Source: Candidatus Thorarchaeota archaeon
GTDB lineage: Archaea; Asgardarchaeota; Thorarchaeia; Thorarchaeales; Thorarchaeaceae
Reading direction: 5' to 3'
Assembly: GCA_048882045.1 (NCBI GenBank)
Contig: JBHLRZ010000010.1
Span: 13,939 to 77,938, forward strand
DNA length: 64,000 bases
The stretch's first letter is position 1, and the number at the start of each line of letters is the position of its first letter. Under the pieces are notes generated by a model, which was not told where the DNA came from, did not search any database, and was given only the letters and a program-made list of their open reading frames with translations. Both the position numbers and the translations under genes were made by a program. Below, piece by piece: positions 18,773 to 27,217 of the stretch.

Positions 18773-18870
18773 TAGTACTACCCATTTCAGATATCAAGCG
18801 TGAAGGCTAATAACTCTGTCATTGACCAAAGCTTATCTAGGTAAACTATCACGGAAAATGAGTCACAGGT

Positions 18871-20340
18871 GTGATGATGATGGATAGAATGAAGGTCCTT
18901 GGTATTTTGATTGTTGGTGTTCTGGTAGCTTCAATTGTTGTTATAGTGATCAATCTGCCCCCAACGACTCCACATGACAATGGAGATACAACACCACCTA
19001 TCATCACAATAACAGGACCTTCTGCAGAGGCAGTAGTATATGGTGCAGAAGCTATTACCTTCTCAGCGACAGATGAGAATGGAATACCAAGAGCAGAGAT
19101 ATACATCGATGGTGATCTGACCGCAGTAGGGCAGTCATACAACTGGAACACACTAGGAGTTGCAGACGGACCCCACACAATAATGTGTCGCGCGAGAGAT
19201 CCTAGTACAAACTGGGCAAACCAAACAATCAGCGTAACTGTGAATAACTCAATCGACTTCTCATCGTCAGACTTTGACCCTATTTTCAAGGTCATGGCAT
19301 ACAACATTCAGGAGTCAGGTATCAATCCGGATTGGAAAGAGGTTGTGATGGAAGAGAACGCAGACATAGTCATGTTTGTGGAAACCGGATTTTGGGACGA
19401 TGATGGTAGTGCAGACATGATTGCAGCTGTTGAAGAGTTCAACACATACTTCTCAGAGGAAACCCCCTATGAAGCATTCTGTACACAAGGGATTGCTTTC
19501 GAAACTAGTGGCGAAGCTGTGTTCAGTAGATATCCGGTCTTGAGGATAATCCAAATCCAATCAGTTTCACTAGATGACGAAACTGGTTATGATGTTACGC
19601 ATGACTTCCTTGATGCTGTCATAGATATCAATGGAACAAGTGTTCATTTTGTTGGAGTTCATCTAAAGGCGGCAGGTGGAGAAACAAACGAGAATAGAAG
19701 AGAATGGGAGAATGAGGGCATCATCAACTATTTCGACTCGCTCGGAAACGTACCAATCGTGTATCTCGGAGACTTGAACTCTGCATCACCTGTCGATGTT
19801 GGACCCCTAGCACCATTCTGGGACCCTGGGGTTGGCCCAATGACCATGTTGATTGACCCAGACGACCCAACATATGGACAGTATTCTTCTGAAATCCACA
19901 ACTTTACTGATGTTTTTCGCACTTTGAATCCAACTGATCCAGGTTATACCTTTGGGCACACATTTACTCCTCAGACAGCCCGGATTGATTACATAATCAC
20001 GAATGATTTCTTTGAGGACAAACTGATTAACTCAACTGCAGGTGACACTGCACATGCCTACACTGGCGCAGACCATTATTCTGTCGACGCATGGCTAAAC
20101 TGGAGCGGTGGGATGAATGTTTCAGCTCTGGCATACTCACCAAATGATTCAGTAATCACAGACCTCAATCTAGATCTGCGAATCTATACACCAGAAGTGT
20201 CTGTTGATGTCCCAGTGGAATCATCAGCTCTGCGAGAAACAGGGTCCTCATTGAGGATGATTGCAAGTGAATCCACAAAGCTGTCAGCATTTTGTTTGGT
20301 AAAGACCATTGGCGGTTTGATCTTCAAAATATTGCTATGA
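18871..20340 (+). CDS. Membrane-anchored endonuclease/exonuclease/phosphatase (EEP) protein with Ig-like domain
   Basis: N-terminal TM; MAYNI, HLKA, GDLN, RIDYI and DHY motifs. Confidence 0.85.
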   Translation: MMMMDRMKVLGILIVGVLVASIVVIVINLPPTTPHDNGDTTPPIITITGPSAEAVVYGAEAITFSATDENGIPRAEIYIDGDLTAVGQSYNWNTLGVADGPHTIMCRARDPSTNWANQTISVTVNNSIDFSSSDFDPIFKVMAYNIQESGINPDWKEVVMEENADIVMFVETGFWDDDGSADMIAAVEEFNTYFSEETPYEAFCTQGIAFETSGEAVFSRYPVLRIIQIQSVSLDDETGYDVTHDFLDAVIDINGTSVHFVGVHLKAAGGETNENRREWENEGIINYFDSLGNVPIVYLGDLNSASPVDVGPLAPFWDPGVGPMTMLIDPDDPTYGQYSSEIHNFTDVFRTLNPTDPGYTFGHTFTPQTARIDYIITNDFFEDKLINSTAGDTAHAYTGADHYSVDAWLNWSGGMNVSALAYSPNDSVITDLNLDLRIYTPEVSVDVPVESSALRETGSSLRMIASESTKLSAFCLVKTIGGLIFKILL

Positions 20341-23285
20341 GGTCCATCAAGACTGACCAAAATTCTAAGGTCTTTCATCCGTTGAATAATATAGTGTGCT
20401 TCCTTTTCAGCTGGTTCGAGGGTTTCACTGTTTAGAACTAATTCGACACCAATGAAGAGCCCATGTCCACGGACATCACCGATGATTTTGAATGTCTTCT
20501 GCATGTCGATCAAACGTTCCTTGAGATAATTGCCAACCTCTAGAGCATTCTTTTGTAGATGCTGATTCTCAATCTCATCCAAGACAGCCATTCCCACAGC
20601 ACACGAAACAGTGTTCCCACCAGTGGTACTGAAGAACTCCATTCCAGTTGTGAATGATTCCGCTATCTCAGGGGTGGTAATTACAGCACCAATGGGATGT
20701 CCATTACCTATTGGTTTACCTAAGGTCACAATGTCAGGTACAACGCTTTGGGTTTCAAAGCCCCAGAAGTGGGTACCCATCCTGCCAAACCCAACTTGGA
20801 CCTCATCAACAATACAGACACCACCAGCTTTTCGAACATACTTGAAGGCATTCTTCAGATATCCATCAGGGAATACTATCTGACCACCACACCCCATGAG
20901 AGGTTCACAAATGAATGCAGCCAATCCTCGACCTTGTTCTTCAAGACTTTTGGTTACCTCAAGGATGTCTTCGGCATACTTCTTGCCTGTCTTGAAACCT
21001 TTAAACTCCCCACGATAGGGATTAGGCATCCGGACAACATGGACATATGGAGGAGCTCCTTCTCCCCCTGGGCCATCATGTTTGTAGGAACTGATGTTGA
21101 TGAGTTCCCTGGTGTTTCCATGATAGGCCCCATCAATCGCAATGATGTCTTTCTGTCTAGTATGGGTTCTTGCCAGTCTCAATGCCAATTCGTTGGCTTC
21201 ACTCCCACTATTTACGAAGTAACAAACACTGAGTTTGGCAGGGAACTTGGAAGTCAAACGTTGGGCATACTTGACTAGATTGTCATGGAGGTAGCGGGTG
21301 TTGGTGTTCAGGACAAGAGACTGTCTACTCAGGACCTTAACAATCCGAGGGTTGCTGTGACCCACATGAGGAACGTTGTTTCTCATGTCGAGGTACTGTT
21401 GTCCATTCTCATCATACAGATACTGCATGTATCCTCGAACTATCTTGATAGGAGTCCTATATGACACGCTCAAGGATGGTCCAATGTGTATCTTTCTAAT
21501 CTTAAGGATCTCTTCACTTGTCAGAGGTGATTCAGGAAACAATGAGTCTGGAATCTGAAGAATCAGGTTGGGATCAGGACATATGCTGAGCCAGACATCG
21601 AGCTTGCTTGGTGGTGCGACACCAAAGAGGTCACCTTTCTGACCCATCATGTCAACAATGAGCTGGAAGTGAAGATGAGGAGGCCAACCTCCATTGTCGG
21701 GATATTCTCCAACCCGCCCGAGCTGTTCCCCTTTCTTTACTTCTTTCCCAGCAAAAAGTCCTGAGAGAGAGTCTCTTGTTAAATGACTGTAGAGTACATA
21801 GAAGGGAGGTCCATCTGGATCAGTCTTGTACTCAACCACAATCGTGGGGCCATTATCGTACGGTCTTGCATTGTCCTGAAAACTATGAATGACACCATCA
21901 TGGATAGAGTAGATAGGAGTATTTCTCTCGACGAACAGGTCAGTTGCTATGTGTACAGTGCGGCTTTCGCCCCCTGAAGAAAGGTACTGGTCACCACTAT
22001 AGATGAGTCTAGGTTCATTGTATCTACCTATTCCAATCTTAACACCAGCTTTGGAGATTTGCTCTGAAACAAGTCCTTCAAAGGATAGGTGGTTTGCTAG
22101 ATAATGAGGGGATTTAACATCAATAGATCCAACACTAAGATCAATCACAGTACTGTTTGATTCAGAGATTGGTGTGCCGATTGGACTTGTGAATTGGTCC
22201 GTGTTTTTCATAACCCACTCTGTGACCCTTTGTGAATTCGGACAGGGTTCAAATCCAGCCGCCTGACGAAAACAGTAAGCAGCAAACCTAGGGTGCACTT
22301 CAGCAAGTCGAGTCAAGAGCTCCCATGCTCTCGCCTCACTGATGATTAGATATTCATTATCAGGTTCAAGTGTCTTCTGATACGCAGAAACAGACACGCT
22401 TGTCGCAAGTCTTGTACAAGCAAGTGGAAAAAGTAGCTCGATTTCCTGCTCAGTGATGGGAAACACAGAATGATATCCACTGATTATCTTCTGGGCAGTA
22501 CCAATTGGGTCATCTTTATCGAGCATTGCATAGCTTATCGCGATTGCTAATTCGTTAATTGTATGAGAGTAGACCATATCCCCGAAATCAAGAATGCCAA
22601 AGATTCGTCCATCATCATCATGGGGATTGTCGATAACAACATTATCATCGTTCGTGTCATTGTGAATGATACTCTTCCGTAGTACAACCATTTGCGGCAC
22701 GACGATGGTCTGATACATATCCAAATAGTAGTCGACAAGCTCCCTCTTGTCTTGCTCAGGGATATGCTCCTTGAAATTTGCGATAGTAGAGCTGGCTTTC
22801 CCTAGGTCCCAATAGAAATCTCTGTGAGCTGCTGGGTGATTGAAACCTGCTAAACTCTTACTTAAAATCCCGACAAAGCGCCCAAAATCGTTGAGCAAGT
22901 TTGGTGAATGCGGTTTCACTGAGGACATGACTTTCCCAGGCAAGTAGGAAATCAATCTCACGAAATGTGAATTCCCTTCGGGAGTTTCAATCTGTGCTAT
23001 CTCTTCACCTGAAGTGGTTTTTTGGACTGTGGAGGAGATTGGTGACTTGCTTTTACCAGCCAAATACTTCAATGCACTGACCTGGAGATCTAAGGTTTCT
23101 CGCTTCTCAGAAATAGTTGAAATCTTCAGAACGTACTCGTCCCTGGTTTCAGTAACTAGGTGAAAATTCTGATCCCGTTCGCTGGGTAATTCCTGTAGAC
23201 TGCCTGATAGAGCATATAATGAACTGATGATATCACCGGCATATCCAGCATCGATTTGGGGGCGTTCTGGGTCTCTAGCATCCAA
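20184..23285 (-). CDS. Fusion of APH-type phosphotransferase, M23-like domain and class III aminotransferase/phospho-lyase
   Basis: HNDTNDDN and DFGD; H.ATD..PPHLHFQ; [23 protein letters not shown]. Confidence 0.9.
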   Translation of the reverse strand: MDARDPERPQIDAGYAGDIISSLYALSGSLQELPSERDQNFHLVTETRDEYVLKISTISEKRETLDLQVSALKYLAGKSKSPISSTVQKTTSGEEIAQIETPEGNSHFVRLISYLPGKVMSSVKPHSPNLLNDFGRFVGILSKSLAGFNHPAAHRDFYWDLGKASSTIANFKEHIPEQDKRELVDYYLDMYQTIVVPQMVVLRKSIIHNDTNDDNVVIDNPHDDDGRIFGILDFGDMVYSHTINELAIAISYAMLDKDDPIGTAQKIISGYHSVFPITEQEIELLFPLACTRLATSVSVSAYQKTLEPDNEYLIISEARAWELLTRLAEVHPRFAAYCFRQAAGFEPCPNSQRVTEWVMKNTDQFTSPIGTPISESNSTVIDLSVGSIDVKSPHYLANHLSFEGLVSEQISKAGVKIGIGRYNEPRLIYSGDQYLSSGGESRTVHIATDLFVERNTPIYSIHDGVIHSFQDNARPYDNGPTIVVEYKTDPDGPPFYVLYSHLTRDSLSGLFAGKEVKKGEQLGRVGEYPDNGGWPPHLHFQLIVDMMGQKGDLFGVAPPSKLDVWLSICPDPNLILQIPDSLFPESPLTSEEILKIRKIHIGPSLSVSYRTPIKIVRGYMQYLYDENGQQYLDMRNNVPHVGHSNPRIVKVLSRQSLVLNTNTRYLHDNLVKYAQRLTSKFPAKLSVCYFVNSGSEANELALRLARTHTRQKDIIAIDGAYHGNTRELINISSYKHDGPGGEGAPPYVHVVRMPNPYRGEFKGFKTGKKYAEDILEVTKSLEEQGRGLAAFICEPLMGCGGQIVFPDGYLKNAFKYVRKAGGVCIVDEVQVGFGRMGTHFWGFETQSVVPDIVTLGKPIGNGHPIGAVITTPEIAESFTTGMEFFSTTGGNTVSCAVGMAVLDEIENQHLQKNALEVGNYLKERLIDMQKTFKIIGDVRGHGLFIGVELVLNSETLEPAEKEAHYIIQRMKDLRILVSLDGPHSNILKIKPPMVFTKQNADSFVDSLAIILNEDPVSRRADDSTGTSTDTSGV

Positions 23286-23423
23286 GAAAATCTCACCACG
23301 TGACGATGACTAGTGAGTCATTCAATGCCATAAATGTAAGCGTTCTTGTCTATGGATTTTGTATTATGGTAAAGATGAAAAAACCTAGGAATTTAAGGTA
23401 GAACTTGAGAGTTCCGGTACTTT

Positions 23424-23930
23424 TCATTTAGAGTTTAGACCCCTGAGGTCCAGTGAGTCATAGTACGTTTCCATTGCGAACATAGTGAGAGTCCTATCTA
23501 CTTCGGGCAGCTCACGAAGGTAGTCAACAATGAACTTGTTCATGGCATCGATGTTCTTGGCTCGAACCTTGAGTAAGACATCATATTCACCACTCAGTAC
23601 ATGAACACTCTGGACAAGGTGGTGCTGGGCGATGGTCTGACAGAACTCACGTTGCGACAGTACCTTCGACTTACCTGGTACTCTGTAACGTACTGTCACA
23701 AGAATGAAAGCCAAGGTTTCACGATCGAGCTTCTTTGGATCCAAGACTACTGTAAATTTGTCGATTATCTCTTTAGACTGTAGGTTCTTTACCCGTGTGT
23801 GCACTCTTGAGATGCTTCTCCCAACTTTCTTCGCAAGCTCTGCGTTGCTCATCTTCCCATCCTTTTGTAATAGAGCGAGGATTTTGAGGTCAGTCTTGTC
23901 TATCTTTGAATCGGTAATTTTTTCCGCCAT
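23424..23930 (-). CDS. Lrp/AsnC family transcriptional regulator
   Basis: D..DLKIL..LQ.DG..S..ELA HTH; SGEYD.LLKV RAM domain. Confidence 0.95.
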   Translation of the reverse strand: MAEKITDSKIDKTDLKILALLQKDGKMSNAELAKKVGRSISRVHTRVKNLQSKEIIDKFTVVLDPKKLDRETLAFILVTVRYRVPGKSKVLSQREFCQTIAQHHLVQSVHVLSGEYDVLLKVRAKNIDAMNKFIVDYLRELPEVDRTLTMFAMETYYDSLDLRGLNSK

Positions 23931-23947
23931 AGGATATAAATTAGGAA

Positions 23948-23972
23948 AAAATCGGAAATACTTTCCGGTTTT
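23948..23972. promoter_or_regulatory. Inverted repeat, candidate Lrp operator between divergent lrp and glnA
   Basis: AAAATCGGAAA-TAC-TTTCCGGTTTT (10 of 11 arm positions complementary). Confidence 0.5.
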
Positions 23973-24014
23973 AGCAGGAAAACAATATAGCCAGTTATAA
24001 CTTACAGAGGGTCA

Positions 24015-24111
24015 GAGAGAGGCGATTACTGCCTCATGACATGAAATAATTGGAAACTCAAGTTTCATCGCCCCACCAGGGCTTCCGCACACTTGAGGCA
24101 GGCACTCTCTC
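24015..24111 (+). ncRNA. Candidate structured cis-regulatory leader RNA of glnA
   Basis: Nested helices GAGAGAG/CTCTCTC, CTGCCTCA/TGAGGCAG, ATGAAA/TTTCAT, GCCC/GGGC; alternative hairpin GAGGC/GCCTC. Confidence 0.45.
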
Positions 24112-24142
24112 AGCATTACAATGAAGCCAGAGGAATCCTTTG

Positions 24143-25444
24143 ATGACAACAGACCTGAGAAAGCCAGAATTCCTACGACTGATCTTTACCGACATTTTAG
24201 GACACACAAGGAGCATAGAGGTCGGAATGGACAGGCTTGATGAAGTTATTACACATGGATTGGCAATCGATGGGTCATCAGTTCCCGGCTATGCATCCGT
24301 TAACGAAAGTGATCTACTTCTCCTTCCAGAAAGCGCCACCCCCACCCTCCAACCTTGGGACCCAGCAGCAGCATTCATCATGTGTGGAGTCCATGAAACT
24401 ACTGGAAAACCGCATCCACGAGATCCACGCAACATCCTTCGAAGAGTTGCTACAAAAGCTGCTGAGATGGGTCTTCAGCTTAAAGTAGGAAGCGAGCTAG
24501 AGTTCTTTACCCTGAGCAGACATACAGATGGATCAGTCGGGCCCTACGACCAAGGAGGTTACTTCTGTTCACAGCCTGCTGATGGATCACTGGACCTTAG
24601 ACGTGACATAATCAGGACATTGAACGCTCTCCATATCCCCACAACATCTCATCATCATGAAGTTGCTAATGGACAGAACGAAATCGGCCTTCATTACAGG
24701 ACTGCTGTTACTGCTGCAGATGACATCATGTTAGCCCGGACTGTGATTTCTGAAGTGGCCTATAGACAAGGACTCATTGCGACCTTCATGCCCAAACCAT
24801 TCTCAGACCAGAATGGATCAGGTATGCACCTTCATCAAAGCATATGGGGACTCGATAGCACAAGAAACCTCTTTACTTCTGAAAAGATAGGTAATATCTC
24901 TCAACTCGCTACACACTATGTAGGAGGTCTCTTGAAACATGCGACTACTCTTGCTGCTGTGGTCGCACCTTCAGTGAACTCATACAAGAGATTGGTTCCG
25001 GGATTTGAAGCTCCGACAAAAGTCGCATGGGGATACAAAAACCGTAGCACAATGGTTAGAGTACCATACTTCAACGGTTCTGCAAAAGCGGCCAGAGTGG
25101 AGCTTCGTTGTCCAGATGCAACCTCATCGCCACATCTTGTGATTGCAGTGGTGCTTGCAGCTGGGCTAGATGGTATCAGCCAAAAGATAGAACCACCGAC
25201 ACCAACAGATGAGGACCTGTTCGAGGGAAAGTCTGATACAGAATCACTCCCAGGTTCGCTTGAACTGGCACTCACTAATCTGGAGAATAGCAAAGCGATG
25301 AGGGAGATTTTGGGTGGGACTGTCGTTGACAAGCTAGTAGAGCTGAGACGGAAAGAGTGGAGAGACTATGTTAAGGCTACTGGAAATCCTGGAATATCCG
25401 AGATTACCTCTTGGGAGATTGATAGATACCTACATGTAAATTGA
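24143..25444 (+). CDS. glnA: Glutamine synthetase family protein (GSI)
   Basis: DGSS, ELEF, HHEVA.GQ.E, FMPKP...NGSGMH.HQS, YKRLVPGFEAP, NRS..VR, ELRCPD. Confidence 0.85.
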   Translation: MTTDLRKPEFLRLIFTDILGHTRSIEVGMDRLDEVITHGLAIDGSSVPGYASVNESDLLLLPESATPTLQPWDPAAAFIMCGVHETTGKPHPRDPRNILRRVATKAAEMGLQLKVGSELEFFTLSRHTDGSVGPYDQGGYFCSQPADGSLDLRRDIIRTLNALHIPTTSHHHEVANGQNEIGLHYRTAVTAADDIMLARTVISEVAYRQGLIATFMPKPFSDQNGSGMHLHQSIWGLDSTRNLFTSEKIGNISQLATHYVGGLLKHATTLAAVVAPSVNSYKRLVPGFEAPTKVAWGYKNRSTMVRVPYFNGSAKAARVELRCPDATSSPHLVIAVVLAAGLDGISQKIEPPTPTDEDLFEGKSDTESLPGSLELALTNLENSKAMREILGGTVVDKLVELRRKEWRDYVKATGNPGISEITSWEIDRYLHVN

Positions 25445-25504
25445 TTCGGACTTCCAAAAGACTTGTATCTCGCCGCTTTACTTGAGCTGTACGGGAGGAC
25501 ATTA

Positions 25505-25930
25505 ATGATGCCCGGTTTCGAAAGTAAAGAACAGTTTCAGCAAGTATTCAACAAGTTCTGGGAAAAGGCAACTCAGCAATCTGAGATAATAGAGAAGCTT
25601 ACAAAGTCACAGGTTGTTGTCAGGTTCGATGTTGAAGACCCAGAAGTCCACATGACCATCAACTTCAGAGACCCTGGCCCGAACGGAGAGATAGGAACAC
25701 TAACCTTTGATAGTGATGTAGAACCTGAAATCTCAGTCTGGTCTAAATCAGAAACTACGAACAAGTTCTGGCAAGGCAAGCTCAACACGACTGTAGCCAT
25801 GGCACGAGGGCAGGTCAAGCTTGATGGATCAGTAGCTAAGGCTCTTGGACTGCTATCAAAAATCAAGCCACTATATGCTTTGTACCCGGACGTGCTCAGA
25901 GAGGAAGGCTTAGACCATATGTTGTTGTAG
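25505..25930 (+). CDS. SCP2 sterol/lipid-binding domain protein
   Basis: FWQGKLN...AMARGQVKLDGS motif; ATG follows GGGAGG. Confidence 0.85.
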   Translation: MMPGFESKEQFQQVFNKFWEKATQQSEIIEKLTKSQVVVRFDVEDPEVHMTINFRDPGPNGEIGTLTFDSDVEPEISVWSKSETTNKFWQGKLNTTVAMARGQVKLDGSVAKALGLLSKIKPLYALYPDVLREEGLDHMLL

Positions 25931-26011
25931 TATCAAAAGCAAAATATATATTCACAAATCTAACAACAGAGCTCGTTAAGACAATTAATTATTGTTAATA
26001 AGGTGTATACA

Positions 26012-26221
26012 ATGGCAGCAGTAACGAAAGAAATGAGCATTGGCGAGGTCGTAATGAAGTGGCCTGAAACAGCAGCGGCCTTCTTGGAGCATGGACTAAT
26101 GTGCTACGGATGCGCCGCCGCAAGATACGAAACCATCGAGCAGGGAGCACAAGCACACGGCATCGATCCAGATGAGCTCATCAAGGCAATCAACGAAGAG
26201 ATTGAAAAGAAGGAGAAATAG
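26012..26221 (+). CDS. DUF1858 (hybrid-cluster-associated redox disulfide) protein
   Basis: VTKEMSIGEVV..WPE....F...G..C.GC.AA..ETIEQGA..HG.D. Confidence 0.9.
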   Translation: MAAVTKEMSIGEVVMKWPETAAAFLEHGLMCYGCAAARYETIEQGAQAHGIDPDELIKAINEEIEKKEK

Positions 26222-26258
26222 ACTCCTTCCTGAGCCCTCTACATAGGGGACTTTATCA

Positions 26259-27116
26259 TTATTTCTCATTAGGTTTAGTACGACCGTAGAGACGGCCAGT
26301 TTCTTCCTCAGTCATCTCGAAACTGTGCTCAGGGTCTGGAAACTTTCCCTCACGGACTTCCTTTGAATAATCAGAAACTGCATTCTTGATCATTTCTCTC
26401 ACATTAGCGTATTTCTTAACGAACTTTGGTTTGAAGTCTTCAAAGAGACCCAGCATATCCCAGAGTACAAGGACCTGTCCATCACAGTATGGTCCCGCTC
26501 CGATTCCAATTGTGGGGATGTTCACCGACTCTGTAATGACCTTAGCAGTTTCGCTTGGAACAAGCTCTATGACCATCGAGAATGCTCCTGCTTCTTCTAG
26601 TTGAACAGCTTGGTCGATCAGCATTTTGGCCATATCAGCTGTACGACCTTGGATACGGTATCCGCCCAGTTGGAATATGGACTGAGGTGTAAGACCGATG
26701 TGGCCCATGACTGGAATTCCTACATCCACAATTGACCTAACGATGTCCACCACAGGTTTAGTTCCACCTTCGATCTTGACAGCTTCAGCACCACCCTCCT
26801 GCAACATGAGCCCACAGTTCTCCAATGCCTGTTGGGTACTGACTTTATAGGACATGAAAGGCATGTCCCCCACAATCAGACTATCTGGTCTGGCTCTGGC
26901 AACCGCGGCACAATGATGGATCACATCTTCTAATGTAACAGGAATTGTGCTCTCATAACCTAACAAGGAGTTCCCTACTGAATCTCCCACTAGAATCATG
27001 TCCACTCCCACCTCACTTAGTATCGATGCTGTGGGAGCATCGTAGGAAGTGAGCATCACTATCTTCTTACCTTTCTTCTTCATGAGACGGATACTGTGTG
27101 TGGTTTTTCTTGCCAA
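26259..27116 (-). CDS. panB: 3-methyl-2-oxobutanoate hydroxymethyltransferase
   Basis: LVGDS, DMPFMSY, VKIEG, GHIGLTPQ, IGIGAG..CDGQVLV. Confidence 0.97.
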   Translation of the reverse strand: MARKTTHSIRLMKKKGKKIVMLTSYDAPTASILSEVGVDMILVGDSVGNSLLGYESTIPVTLEDVIHHCAAVARARPDSLIVGDMPFMSYKVSTQQALENCGLMLQEGGAEAVKIEGGTKPVVDIVRSIVDVGIPVMGHIGLTPQSIFQLGGYRIQGRTADMAKMLIDQAVQLEEAGAFSMVIELVPSETAKVITESVNIPTIGIGAGPYCDGQVLVLWDMLGLFEDFKPKFVKKYANVREMIKNAVSDYSKEVREGKFPDPEHSFEMTEEETGRLYGRTKPNEK

Positions 27117-27217
27117 GGCGTTATCTCCACTCTAGACAATATAGTATGCCCTTGATATATATTCGTCACACAGAATGTATAATGTATATACATTTGAGTG
27201 GAGCTCGTACTCTTCGA

